A DNA stretch of 64,000 nucleotides from Podarcis cretensis (taxonomy: Eukaryota), in NCBI GenBank assembly GCA_951804945.1, contig OX638149.1, forward strand, positions 100,068,001 to 100,132,000, given 5' to 3'. The translations under genes were made by a program, and so were the position numbers. Every line of letters starts with the position of its first letter. Positions within the stretch are counted from its first letter, which is position 1. The notes beneath the pieces were generated by a model. It made no database searches. It was not told the DNA's origin and worked only from the letters and a program-made list of their open reading frames with translations. Below are positions 49,379 through 61,086 of this stretch, one piece after another.

Positions 49379-49881
49379 TGTGGCGATCACACAGGGTCCC
49401 CTGACGTTTCACTGTCTATTGATCCCTGTGCCACCACTTTATTTCTCACTGCCACCACCCAGGCCCTACCTGGTACAATACTGAATCTAGTCAGGGTTAA
49501 ATTGGAACATAAGCTTCTGTTTATTTCTTGCAGTTTAACAAGCGTGTGGTTTCATAAACAGTATTGGTCAATTACAATCATGGGGTGCCTATCCAGACCT
49601 ATAACTTCCGCTACCTGTTCTCACTCACTAAACCACCTCTCAGTTGGTCTTCCTAGCTCCTAACTGTTCCTGACTCAGCTTGTTTCACTACACTAACTCA
49701 ACCTACCCACAGACACTATCCCAAATCATTCCCACTTCAACCAACCACCCAACTCTCAACGAACTCCTCCCTTCGCCTCTCCCAGAGCTGGTTTTATAGT
49801 CCCTCCGACTCCACCCCCCCAGGTTCTGATTGGGTAACCTGTTTAATTATTTCACCTCCAGCACTCTCATATGTCATCACA
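49379..49881 (-). mobile_element. Solo LTR, 503 bp, antisense to THSD7B
   Basis: TG..CA termini (tgtggcga / tcatcaca) and perfect 5-bp TSD GTGCA (49374-49378, 49882-49886). On the minus strand CCAAT (49829-33), TATAAAA (49792-98) and AATAAA (49520-25) fall in U3-R-U5 order. Confidence 0.85.
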
Positions 49882-51137
49882 GTGCACTCTCTCTGACTTC
49901 CTCTGTGGTATCTTTTAAAGAGAACCCCATTTTTACTGTCTCCATTCCCTCTGTCAGCACCGAGAGCAAGAGTGACTTGAAATACAGCCACATAAATTGC
50001 TTGTCTTAGACCATCTTAGATGGTCCTGGGTGGGACTGCCAGCCCACATTAATCATTAGGTGTATGGCAGGTTAAGGTGGGTTTTGGATGAAAGATGCTT
50101 TGCTGATTGGTCAGCTGATTGGCGGTGCCTGCAAAGCATCTTGCTCAGTGCTTACCAAGAACCAACTGTTAGCTGCTTGTCAATGCTAGGAGAACACTGA
50201 GCAAGCTGTGCAGGCAAAAACAGGTCACCTGACATCATTGCTCCTGTGTTATAGGGACAGGAAGTCAACAGCTTTTGGTGAGCTGCTCTCTGCGGTCTCC
50301 CTCTTTTATTCTTATTCCCGTTCCCAGCAGCATCAGTCCTGACAGCCCTATTGGTGACACAGAAGGTGGGCAGAAGGGACAGAGGCATCAAAGGGGAGGT
50401 TGTGGCCATGTAAAATCCAGCTCCAGATCTGCAGGGTACCTGGTGTGAAATTGACCAGGAACTTTATATTCCATGTGTACAGGAAGGTGTGTGCAGTCTT
50501 GACTCACTGCACTGCCTTCTTGTTATGACGAACTATGGTTTGTTGCTATGTCGGAAAGTGTCCCCAGGGAAATGTGAAGATTGTCAAGATGAAAGTCACA
50601 TTAGGATTTGAATGTAATTGAAGGTTTGTGTAGTAGGCTAGAAATCTAGCTACTTGTTTGCAGAAAGTGGGAAAACAGAAAGGGGTATTTACGGTAATTG
50701 AAACCTGCTATGCAGTTTGACATAGTTAACCAAACAAACAAACAAACAGCAGTCACCTATAGCAGCTGGTCATGTAGCAGGGTGGTTCAGCTGCACTGTT
50801 TTCAGACAGTAATGTTAGATTTATGGGTTTAGAAGCCATGCAGATTCATGTTTACAGAATGGAAGCTGCTACAGCAGCATGCTGAGCATCTATGCTTTGC
50901 AAAGGTGTATAAGGAAGACAATGTGGTCATTTTCCAAGCTACCCAGCCAAATGCAGAGAGGAGCATGCTCAAAATGATTTCTATACTGCCACCCCCACCT
51001 CACCCCACCCTGCAGTTTCTAATATGCACATCTGTGCATATACTGTCTTGTATGCAGGCAAGGGGTTGGATCCTTTGCAGACAAGTTTGTAGCTTGTCAT
51101 AGAAGTCATAGAAGTGACTTCTGCTCTTATCATAGAT

Positions 51138-51322
51138 TAGTGGTTGCCATATTTCAAAAAGTGAAAATCCAGACACATTAAGTTTAGTTTTGGTTTACTT
51201 TGGACAAAGTTGTTGGGCTTTTCTTAATTGTGCAAGACATCTGGATTTTCCCAAACATTTTGGCAATTTCTGCCCGGACATTGTTTCACACTGCCCTATT
51301 CTGGCTATGTATGGCTACCCTA
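51138..51322. mobile_element. hAT (Blackjack-like) MITE
   Basis: TAGTGGTTGCCATA...TATGGCTACCCTA with perfect 8-bp TSD TCATAGAT (51130-37, 51323-30). Confidence 0.85.
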
Positions 51323-52626
51323 TCATAGATATATTTCCTTAGGATTGGTCATATCATTGTTGAGCTTGGTGCTTGTATTTAGTTCATTTCTTCAATTTCT
51401 ATCTGGTGATTTAGCTTCAAGAGTCTTTATTCTATCATAATGGTAGAAGTTTTTCTTGAGTGGTTGTAGTTTCAAGTGCCTTTTAAAAGTTTCATATACT
51501 TAGATTATTGTTGTATTGAAAAGAGCCCTGAATTTTGCTATCTGCTCCTGGCTCTTCTGAAGCAGGTGGTGTAATACTTACGAAATATTTCTGAGGGGGA
51601 AAAACAGTGCAGAGGTCGTGAGTGTGGTGTGCACTATACAATTGTGTTACTTCAAAATCAGCAACCTGCTCATCATCCATGTATGTCTTGCTATCAGTAG
51701 AAGAGAGAGGGCACTTACATTTGTTGCTTGATTAGATCTTGCAGGGTGGGGGGGAGCTCTTGTATGCTGATTTTTACTTTTCCATCCCCAATTCATGTCA
51801 ATCAGTAAGACAAAAGGGTAGATTGCATGACTGATTTTGTTCTCTGTGCACAACGCGTTGTTACGCATGACAGTCATGTGACTGAAATATTCCAGCCGCC
51901 AGCCAAGGAGTGAGGAAAGAAATATGTATCTGCCGCATGTTCCTACAATTTTTATCAATACCAGGAGACATAAAATATGAGGCATGAACAATGGTCCAAG
52001 GCTGAAGTATTTTGTTGTGTCTGATGTGTTGTATGGGTGGCCACTTGCACATCACCCCAAAGATGAAACACATCACTAAAAAAGAAGGGTACAGATTGGC
52101 ATAAATGTGCATATGTGTAGATGCCACTTTATAAATAATTATGATAAATAGAAATGCACTGGAGTAAACAAGACTGTGATTAGGTGCCAAGTCTGCTGTC
52201 CAAGTGCTAACCTGCTCTCCCTTCTTATGCTATTTAGTCTTTAAAAAGAACCCAGTCAGATGAGCAGAGAATAATCATGATCATCATCATATTTGGGCCA
52301 GACAGCACTTCAGCTAGAGGATGACTTCAGAAGACTATCCTCTGTATGACACAGAACCACTCTATATGTTACTCCAACCTCCTATCTATGGTTTTTTGTC
52401 TAGCATTTTTTTTGCTTTCCGGTTGAGGGGCATGGAGAAATTGAAACAGATCTACATCAACATTCCGCACTTGTGGGTTAACTAGAAAGTGCTTCTCTGC
52501 TTACTTTTGTCATATACACACAGGTCCTGCTATCCACCCACTTGTTATGTGAAAATTCAGCTAACCAAACATAAAGAATCATGCCCAGACTTCCTTCCTT
52601 GTTTGTGCTTTGCTGGTCAGCACCAG

Positions 52627-52751
52627 CAGTGCTATTTTTCTAAAAAAAGAGGTGTTGGAACTCACCATGAATGCCTCCCCTGTTCTCTTATAATGGCAAT
52701 GGCGCCTACCTGAGTTTCAGCACTTTTACTGTCTCCTTCATCAGAGCACTG
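52627..52751. mobile_element. Decayed hAT-like MITE
   Basis: CAGTGCT...AGCACTG termini with inner gtgttggaactca / tgagtttcagcac inverted repeat; no clear TSD. Confidence 0.5.
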
Positions 52752-54277
52752 GCAGTGGAGGAGAGGAAACATCTGCAGATGTTTCCACAGCTGAAAAGAG
52801 GATGCTTCTGTGGGCATACCTTCTTCTTCACCCACAAAGTTCACTCTCCATACTCTTAAGGCCCCTTGAGATGTTCTCCCGTGGCCCATAGGATTTCAGC
52901 CTAAACTTTGTTGTACCATTTTAATGTTTTTCTCTTTCTAGTTTAGACATGTTCTACACAGCCCTGATTCTGCTGTCCGTCTGTGCTTCAGCAATGCTAA
53001 ACATTTTCAATGGGGTTCACACCTGCAGTGATTCTTTGCTTATTTGCCTAAACACTAATTTAAATCAACACACATCTACTTAAAGCAAGAGTTGTTAGTG
53101 ACTAAATGAGAGTGTGTACCTGCCCTTAAGCATTTGGTGTTATAAATCGGTTTCCATTTAGCCCTGAGAAATGTGACATTAATGTGATGGGAAACAAAAC
53201 ACAGTACTTTGCCTTGTTGCTGTTCAGCTAACTACTTCAGAATTGAAATTGTCTGTATGGAAGAAAAGATAAGCCACATTAAGGAAGGGTGGTTTTGGTT
53301 TTTTTTTAAGTTACACCTACGAAAAGTTACACCTCCTATTCTGATTTTATGCATTGTGGGAGGACAATGTCATATTTGTCATGTAAGAAGGCTGTCTTAC
53401 AGAGATTCTGTTCCTTTGTTTATTCTTTTCTTTTTCCTAATAATAAATTTTGTCTGTCTTCCCAACTGCACACAAAACAGTGTATATTTAAATGAGAGAA
53501 AGACAGTTCATCTAAAAAGTACTGTGAATTAGAAGTAATCAGTATTTTTGTAAGCATCTCCATGCAGAACAGAATTCTAAAGACCTTTCAAAATAGACAC
53601 TGATAGTTTGGATAATTTAAGCTGATGCTGAGAAGTGTAAGCATCAACTTCATTTTCCATTATTATTTTTTTGTAAATAATTTGAGTCTGGAATAATTGG
53701 TTGGAATATTTTACTTTATGAAAGACAGTCTGAAACACTGGTGCTCATAATAATTAATCATTAGTAGCACCAATGGTGTGCACCAGATTGAGCCAGATCC
53801 CAAACTGATTCTAGTTGACCTGGAATTTACCTGGATTCGGTTGAAGGAATCCCAGATCACCCTGGATCGAATTGAGTCCACCTAGTACTACCCAGGGCTG
53901 TTAAAAGGGTGTGTGTGCATTTTACACACATATATTTATGTAGCCTGAGATTTATGTTATATTTTATTACACTATTACTGCTTAAATCTCAGGCTAAGTT
54001 TGCATTGTTTTCTTCAGCTTTTAATGGTAATTTCCCTGCTTTTTAATTGCTGTGTACCTTATTACTTACTCCCTGCCTCTTTAGCCCATTTATTGATGGT
54101 ATATTATAGTGTTTTAAATTGACTTTGTCAAGTGCCATAAAGGCCACCGTAGTTAAATTATGGAATACAAATATTTTGAAGAAGCAAAATGAAACCAATG
54201 GCAGCACTAGTAGTTTCCTGCATATTGAGATATGAAGAAAGTGTGTGGAATTGAGTTGGTGCTTTTAGTTGCCTGTT

Positions 54278-54718
54278 GGTGGTAAGGGAACACCTAGCTA
54301 TTTTAAATGAATTCAGATCTCCAGGGCCAGATGAGCTGCACCCAGGGGTACTAAAGGAGCTTGCAGGTGCAATCTCAGAGCCTATAAACTTTGAGAATTT
54401 TTGGAGTACAGGTGAGGTCCCTGAGGACTGAAAGTGGGCAAACAAAGAAGATCTAGGTAACTACTGACCTGTGAGTTTGATTGACCAGTGAACATTGATA
54501 CCAGGAAAGATCCTAGAACAGATAATTAAACAGTTGATCAGTGAGCACTTAAAAAAGGCTGCTGTGATTATTAAGACCCATCATGGGTTTCTCAAAAATA
54601 AGTCATGCCAGACAAATCTCATTTCTTTTTTTGATAGCGTTACAAGCTTAGTGGATCCAGGGGGATGCTGTGGACGTAGTGTCTCTTGATTTCAAGGCTT
54701 TTGACAAAGTCCCCCATG
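54278..54718 (+). mobile_element. CR1 RT fragment (frameshifted)
   Basis: SPGPDELHPGVLKELA, TGEVPED, IPGKILEQIIK, HHGFLKNKSCQTNLISFFD and AFDKVPH motifs. Confidence 0.92.
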
Positions 54719-55232
54719 TTATTCATGTTAAGTATAATTGTTTAATTCACACTGAAATGGAGCATGCCTGAATGTGTATCCTAATATCATGAAACTGTTT
54801 TGGGTGGTACTGAAGACTGCGGAGGGGAGAATGAATGGACAAATATTGTCCCTCATCTATTAATGACAGCAACCACTGGATCAAAAGCCCCTTTCTTGAG
54901 CACAAAGGCACCAGCTGGATTCTATTCAGTCCTTTAAAGTGTTTTCATCAGGCTTCAGAGTTATTTTTAAAAAGAAAGAAAAATGTATAGCTTTTCTTAT
55001 TTACAGATAAACTATAAGTATTGTGGGAATTTTATTCCCTTAGCAATTTTTCTGGCAGTTGCGTTTTGATTTGGGGAATACCGAGACGTGCAGAGGAATC
55101 CAAAGTAAGTCCTTTTGTGTTTGATGGGATTTATTCCCAACAAGTGTCTTTAGGATTGCAGCCTCAATAATTTGTTAGCTACTTATAACAAACACGTTTT
55201 TACATGAATCAATGTTTGTGATTTTCTGCAAG

Positions 55233-55399
55233 ATATTCATGGAGAACATCTGAATGGAAAGGATGTGATGTCACTCTCCTCCTAGAACAGCAGGACCCCC
55301 GACACCATAAGCACTCAGGCCTTTGTGGAGGTGGTGTACAGGTCCGGGAAGTATACTGTGCCCAGATCACACTGGAGGAAACACACAAGTTAAAGGAAG
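55233..55399 (+). CDS. THSD7B: THSD7B internal coding exon (human exon 5 equivalent), 167 nt, phase 2 to phase 1; absent from the ORF track
   Basis: Hand translation after ttttctgcaag|A gives (R)YSWRTSEWKGCDVTLLLEQQDPRHHKHSGLCGGGVQVREVYCAQITLEETHKLKE, donor GAAG|gtatgc. Recalled human sequence: YSWRTSEWKECQVSLLLEQQDP...CGGGIQTREVYCAQ. Confidence 0.94.
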
Positions 55400-56558
55400 G
55401 TATGCTAGAAATTACTTGTATTACCTATAAATAAATAATTGGTATGAAATGATGAAAAGAAGGTTGAGGTTGTACTGCAGTGAAATGCTGGGTATAGGGT
55501 TCCGGATTCTGCAATTAGAAGTTTAGAGCCTTGGAGGTAGCATTATTTGCTTGCACATTTAATGTCAGGGGTTTCCAAGGTGGTGCACATGGGCACACAT
55601 GCGCCTGTAGGAGCTGCCCATGGTGCCTAGGGGGTCTCCTCCCCTTGCTGAAATTAGGCTTGAAAGAGGCATTCTCTTATTGCCAATAGAATTGGTTGGT
55701 GTGTGTGTGTGATGCTTGCAACTATTTTCTGTTTTGCAAATGTGCTCATGGACCAAATAGGTTGACAACTCCTGATCTATGCTGTCGATTCTAAAGGATC
55801 CAGAATGGATGACGATTTGGCTGTCCCTTTCATGCACAAATGAGAAGCTAGTGGCGTACTCAAAGGCTTTACCATTCACTGCAGTGGAAGAGTCAGACTA
55901 GAATATGGGGAAGCCCATAAACATTTCTGGTGAAGTTCCAATTTATAAAGATGTGTATACCCTGGTTTTCATAACAGATAGATAGATAAATTGTAAAGGG
56001 AAAATTGGAGACCCCACTTTCAAACAGTTCTCACAATACACAATTGTCAGAAAGGTTTGTTTCTCCTATCCCGTTTCCTTTTCCTTTCTCTCTCTGCAGT
56101 AGGTCCAAGAATCAAATATTTTTCTATATTCAGAAGAAAAGCAAGTGGATAGACAGATGCCTGATGAATAATTTATCTTTGTCTATTTTCTTCACTATAC
56201 CTACTGCTCCTGCAAAATATGGCTTTGTACAGAGATGTAAGATAGCAAGAGCGTGGCATCACAGCTGAGGACTGACTTGTTTACAAAGGCAAAGCAAGTC
56301 TGTTTTAGGGCAGATGGTTTGCCTTCATCATCCCTCTTGAGCAGTCCACCTGCTGCAAGCTGATTATCTATGCCGTCAGTTTGAAGGAGGATATCTATTC
56401 TGTCACTATGTAGAAGGATTTGTTTTTGTCACCTGTTTGAGCCTCCCACAAATACAGCAGATCATTTGCAAGAGGAATCTTCATTAAGTGATGTTACTTT
56501 CTCTGTAACATCAGTTGCTTTCTATGGCTTTTGGGGTTGTCTGGATTGCCCTTGCCTC

Positions 56559-56795
56559 AATTTCTTTTCTACATATAGCTGCCCTTGTGACACATTATTT
56601 GTTTTCCCTAAATTTTCAGAAACTTACCCACTTGAAAGTAAGGGGGGAGGATGGATTGACACAAAGAAACTAGGAAATTTCTTTTCTACATATAGCTGCC
56701 CTTGTGACACATTATTTGTTTTCCCTAAATTTTCAGAAACTTACTACCCACTTGAAAGTAAGGGGGGAGGATGGATTGACACAAAGAAACTAGGA
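56559..56795. repeat. Tandem duplication of unique sequence, 117 bp + 120 bp
   Basis: 56559-56675 is repeated at 56676-56795, identical except for a TAC insertion (acttaccc vs acttactaccc). Confidence 0.97.
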
Positions 56796-57469
56796 AAACC
56801 AGGTGTATTTGCTTTATCAAAGGCATAAAGTAAGGCTTTGGTATTTTCCAGTTTTAAGCTATTAAAAGTGTTCCAAAACAGCCAGCTTCTGTAATGCTGG
56901 AAATTAATTATGAAACCCTGGCGTATTGGCATTTGTTAATTTCCATGCATTTATCTGGGTAAATAACTTTAATCAAATGATTATTCTGTTTTAAATTGGA
57001 AATACTGGAGAGCCATTTCACTGAAGAGTCCTGCAACTATAAAGACTAGTTCACCCTTCCACTTCACTATATTAAAATTACAGGCGTCCAAGAGTGGTCC
57101 TGTAGTTAAGGCAAGCAGGGAAAACAACTTTCCACCATTACAAGACTCAAGATTCTAAAGGTTTATAAAAATGGCAGTGTTTGAGCTATTTGAAGCTTGA
57201 AGCTTGGTGTACACGATCTTCCTGATTAATTCCATGAGAGTGCCATATTTCCAACCAATCTGATATAAAAAGATGCCACAGGTACAACAAATGTAAAGGT
57301 GCTAAGAATTGACACTTTCCTTCACCCCCCCCCCAAGAAAGCATATCATATACTGTATTTATTTCCAATTTTTGTAATGTACTTTGTTCGGGTGTATTGT
57401 GGAGCGCAATCCTGCATTGCTTTGGCAAAGTCATGAGTAAGGGTTCAAAAGTTAATAGAGTTTTCCTGC

Positions 57470-57680
57470 CTCATGGAAGTCTGTGGAGAACAAAGAACTG
57501 GCAGATAGTGCAGAGCGCGGCCAGATTGAAAAATAAAGCCCAAGGTCCTACCACTGCTGAAGTATCTGTAGAGGGAACCACATACCGAATTCTCTGTGTA
57601 AAGCCTATTTCTTTAATTAAGGGATACAAAAGGTACAGAGGTTAAGCATGGGGTTTACTAAGCTTTTTGGAATCACAGAA
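57470..57680 (+). mobile_element. Ancient L2 post-RT relic
   Basis: WQIVQSAARL (cf. LQLVQNAAARL) followed by cacataccgaattctc (cf. HITPIL). Confidence 0.45.
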
Positions 57681-57926
57681 ACCTGCGCAAGTATATCTGA
57701 CCCTGCCCAACAGACACTGCAGCCCTCCATGATATAGCCTTAACTCTGATTTTAACTCTCACCTGTCTGTTCTGTTGATCAAATTATATAGAAACAATAC
57801 ATTGGCATATATTAGCTGTATGAATATTTGACTACAGTAACAGAACAAAACCGACCGTCAGCAGCGTGTGGGGTGGGGCGTAACACAAGCACTTGATTCT
57901 CATTTGCACAGTTGTAGTCTTATCAT

Positions 57927-58016
57927 CTGAAGAAGTGTGCATGCACACGAAAGCTCATACCAAGAACTAACTTAGCTGGTCTTTAAGGTGCTACTGGAAG
58001 GAATTTTTTTTATTTT
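57927..58016 (+). mobile_element. Penelope-like element terminal fragment carrying a minimal type I hammerhead ribozyme core
   Basis: CTGAAGA-A-GTGTGC-AT-GCACAC-GAAA-GCTC-ATAC, then aactaacttagctggtctttaaggtgctac. Flanked by 12-bp direct repeat GTCTTATCATCT (57917-28, 58017-28). Confidence 0.8.
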
Positions 58017-58609
58017 GTCTTATCATCTCTGTTAGGGCAGTCTCACTGGTTGTATTCTCCAAAGGCAGGACTATTCCTTTGAGTGCTTTTCATACCTGGA
58101 TAAAAGTTAAGACCTAACGTGTGATCCGGGTAACTTGCTGAGTACAAAGAACGTACGGAAAGTTTCTAAAATTTAGTTCATTTAGAAGGCAAGTTGTCAC
58201 CAGCTGTGTAAACCCTTTTTAATTCTACTGATTCTGGTGAGAGAGGCTTAAATGTTTATTTAATTATCCAATTTAAATTTGTAGGCTTTGGGCTTAATTT
58301 GCCTGGATCAAATATAAGTTTAGATTCTAGGAGTGACACTCAGATTAGAACTATAATGTCTACTTTGGACCTTCAGTGATTTCAAATGTGGGTTCCGTTG
58401 CTGACATCTGCTAGAGACCCACCTTTAATTTTGAACTAAATGGCTCTCTGTGTTTCCTTTGTATATTTCTCTTTTTCATATATTCTCTCTCTCTCTCTCT
58501 CTCTCTTTTCAAATATAAGAAGCAGAAGAAAACAGTGATCACTTAACTGCTACAAGCCACTGTAGGCTAAAGTGTGACCCAAGTCCACCGTATTAATTAG
58601 CCAAGTATC

Positions 58610-58876
58610 CTTGAAGTGAATTTCCAGCTGTGTGGCAGCAGCTCTTTCATGAATTTATCACATGGGACTGGGGCTATGTCTCACAGCTGCAACCATGCCA
58701 GCAGAGCTGGTTTCATGAGAGTCAAATGTATGATATTGATTCTGTGAGAAAGACCCACATGACTGGACCCTGGACATGTGGCTGTGTGATTCAGATACAG
58801 CCCATAGTCGCATGGGATTGATTCAAAAAACAGCAGCTTTCACACAGCTGGAGGTATATCTAAAGGTCACTTCAAG
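58610..58876. repeat. Long imperfect palindrome (about 267 bp), probably an old MITE
   Basis: Nested inverted pairs cttgaagtga/tcacttcaag, tccagctgtgtg/cacacagctgga, atgggactgggctatgtct/agatacagcccatagtcgcat and tttcatgagagtcaa/ttgattctgtgagaaa. Confidence 0.75.
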
Positions 58877-59707
58877 AAATCTTAAGATGGTGATACAGTA
58901 AATAAGATTTTAGACCTTTGTTTGCTCAGAGAGAGGGAGCAGGCCTGTCACAGGATAACATACAGAGCTACTGTTCTAGTATATTGATTCCCCACCCCCC
59001 CTGCCCAAAGGAAAGGGTTAGTACAAAATAAATATTTCTCCTGAATGACCTAATTTACTTGATAAAGGACATACCTTCACAGCAGGGAATAAATATATTT
59101 TAACCTGGTGATGTGAAATTTACATTGTTGGGATGTGCATCTATTGATCCGTAGCTTCTCCACCAAACATTTCTGTGAGTCAAATTGGTAAGATCAAAGC
59201 CACATAATGGGATGATAAATATGTAACAGCTGACTTCTTTGGTGGATACCCTTTGAAACAAGACAGAAAAGGATTCTTCTCAGATCTTTGGGGTGTACAG
59301 CTGCAATGCTTCACATTCAGAAATAGAAGGGTTTAAATTCATGAAAGGATGAAAAATATTGGTAATCACACAAGTGGAACATTTCTGGTTTTCAATCATT
59401 ATAGATCTTCTTAAAGTAGAAGGAACAAGCCCCCCACCCCCAAAAAAGCACCACTCTGAATAAGCATGTTTTTAGAGCAAATAACCATCTTCATTTTGCT
59501 GCATTTTCTGACTTTCCTTCTGTAGTCTATTGTTTCTGGTTCTATCATAAACACAATATTTTTCTGTGGCTCATTGCTGGCTCCCATGTGGCTTCTTCTA
59601 GCGATTCTAGAGCCTTCCTTACTTTACCCTTTGGGACTGGCAAGTCTTTTAGAGCTATCATGAGAAACAAGCCAAAAGCACCTTTACCTACAATGAATAC
59701 CCTATGC

Positions 59708-59837
59708 CAGTGATGGCCAAACTTGGCTCTCCAGATGTTTTGGGACTACAGTTCCCATCATCCCTGACCACTGGTCCTGTTAGCTAGGGATGATGGGAGT
59801 CCCAAAACAGCTGGAGGGCCAAGTTCGGCCATCACTG
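59708..59837. mobile_element. Palindromic hAT MITE
   Basis: TIR CAGTGATGGCCAAACTTGGC / GCCAAGTTCGGCCATCACTG, TSD ccctatgc/ccctttgc (7/8), shared core. Confidence 0.9.
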
Positions 59838-60721
59838 CCCTTTGCAATAATGGTAACATTTGCAGTAGTCTCTTGTTGGTGCTCAGCTTTGTACAAACCC
59901 AACTGTGGCACTTCCCACTCACTGCATCATTTTTCTTTTGCAAGCCTCCCATCACAACTTAATTGGGCCAAGGTTGCAAGTTTTGCAAGCACACAGAGAA
60001 ATAAAGAGGCAAGATGGAAAAGGTTGGGTGAACTTGGCCATGTTTATTTAAACATTTACACCTCTGCATTGTAGTCAATTCCCAGGCCCCTCCATTCTCT
60101 GAGCAGCCAACTGCAGCTGCTTCTGACACAACATTTCACGCTCCCACAAATTGGTAGGATATATTCATTACTGTAACCATGCATGGTTCCAGTCAGTGGG
60201 TCTTGGAGATACCATATCTTTCATTATCAGACTCCAGTGGTATTTTCCAAGCTTATTTTCCTGAATGCACTTGCTCTATTGATTGAGATTAGATTGTAAG
60301 GAATTTTTTTTTCATTTACAAACTTGGTGAATGGTCTAAAGGGATGCTAATTTGTCTTATCTTCTTGGAAGATCAATGCCACTGCCTTGCTAAAGGTGAA
60401 TAAATATTGCAATCTTGCATCTGTAATTGGGACCATCATTTGTTTTAAATGATCAGTTCATTTATACCAGTTAAGCCAAACATGATTTGCCAGCTCTTTA
60501 CTAATTTGTGCTTGTTGTCTGAGAGACAATATTTCATATTATAACTCGAGATCCATCATTTCCCCCCAGCCAGTTTATAACAGTGCTGAAAGGACACAAT
60601 AATGTGATTCACAAGTAGGTATATTGATGGCTAAAGGACATTAGCGTAAGTTGTTTGTAGATTGTAACCTATGCAAAAAGAGATTTTAAAATAATAATAA
60701 AGAGACACTATTCCTATCTTG

Positions 60722-61086
60722 TGGGACGCAGGTGGCGCTGTGGGTTAAAGCCTCAGCGCCTAGGACTTGCCGATCGAAAGGTCGGCGGTTCGAATCCCTG
60801 CGGCGGGGTGCGCTCCCGCTGCTCGGTCCCAGCGCCTGCCAACCTAGCAGTTCGAAAGCACCTCCGGGTGCAAGTAGATAAATAGGGACCGCTTACCGGC
60901 GGGAAGGTAAACGGCGTTTCCGTGTGCGGCTCTGGCTCGCCAGAGCAGCGATGTCACGCTGGCCACGTGACCCGGAAGTGTCTCCGGACAGCGCTGGCCC
61001 CTGGCCTCTTAAGTGAGATGGGCGCACAACCCCAGAGTCTGTCAAGACTGGCCCGTATGGGCAGGGGTACCTTTACCTTTACCTTT
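60722..61086 (+). mobile_element. Full-length Sauria SINE (Squam1)
   Basis: GGGACGCAGGTGGCGCTGTGGG head, B box GGTTCGAATCC, (ACCTTT)3 tail, 13-bp TSD TATTCCTATCTTG (60709-21, 61087-99), CpG-rich. Confidence 0.93.

Noticed and set aside
56466-56828. 120-aa ORF with an internal repeat
   Set aside because: By-product of the 117/120-bp duplication, whose unit lengths are multiples of 3; non-ATG start and no homology.
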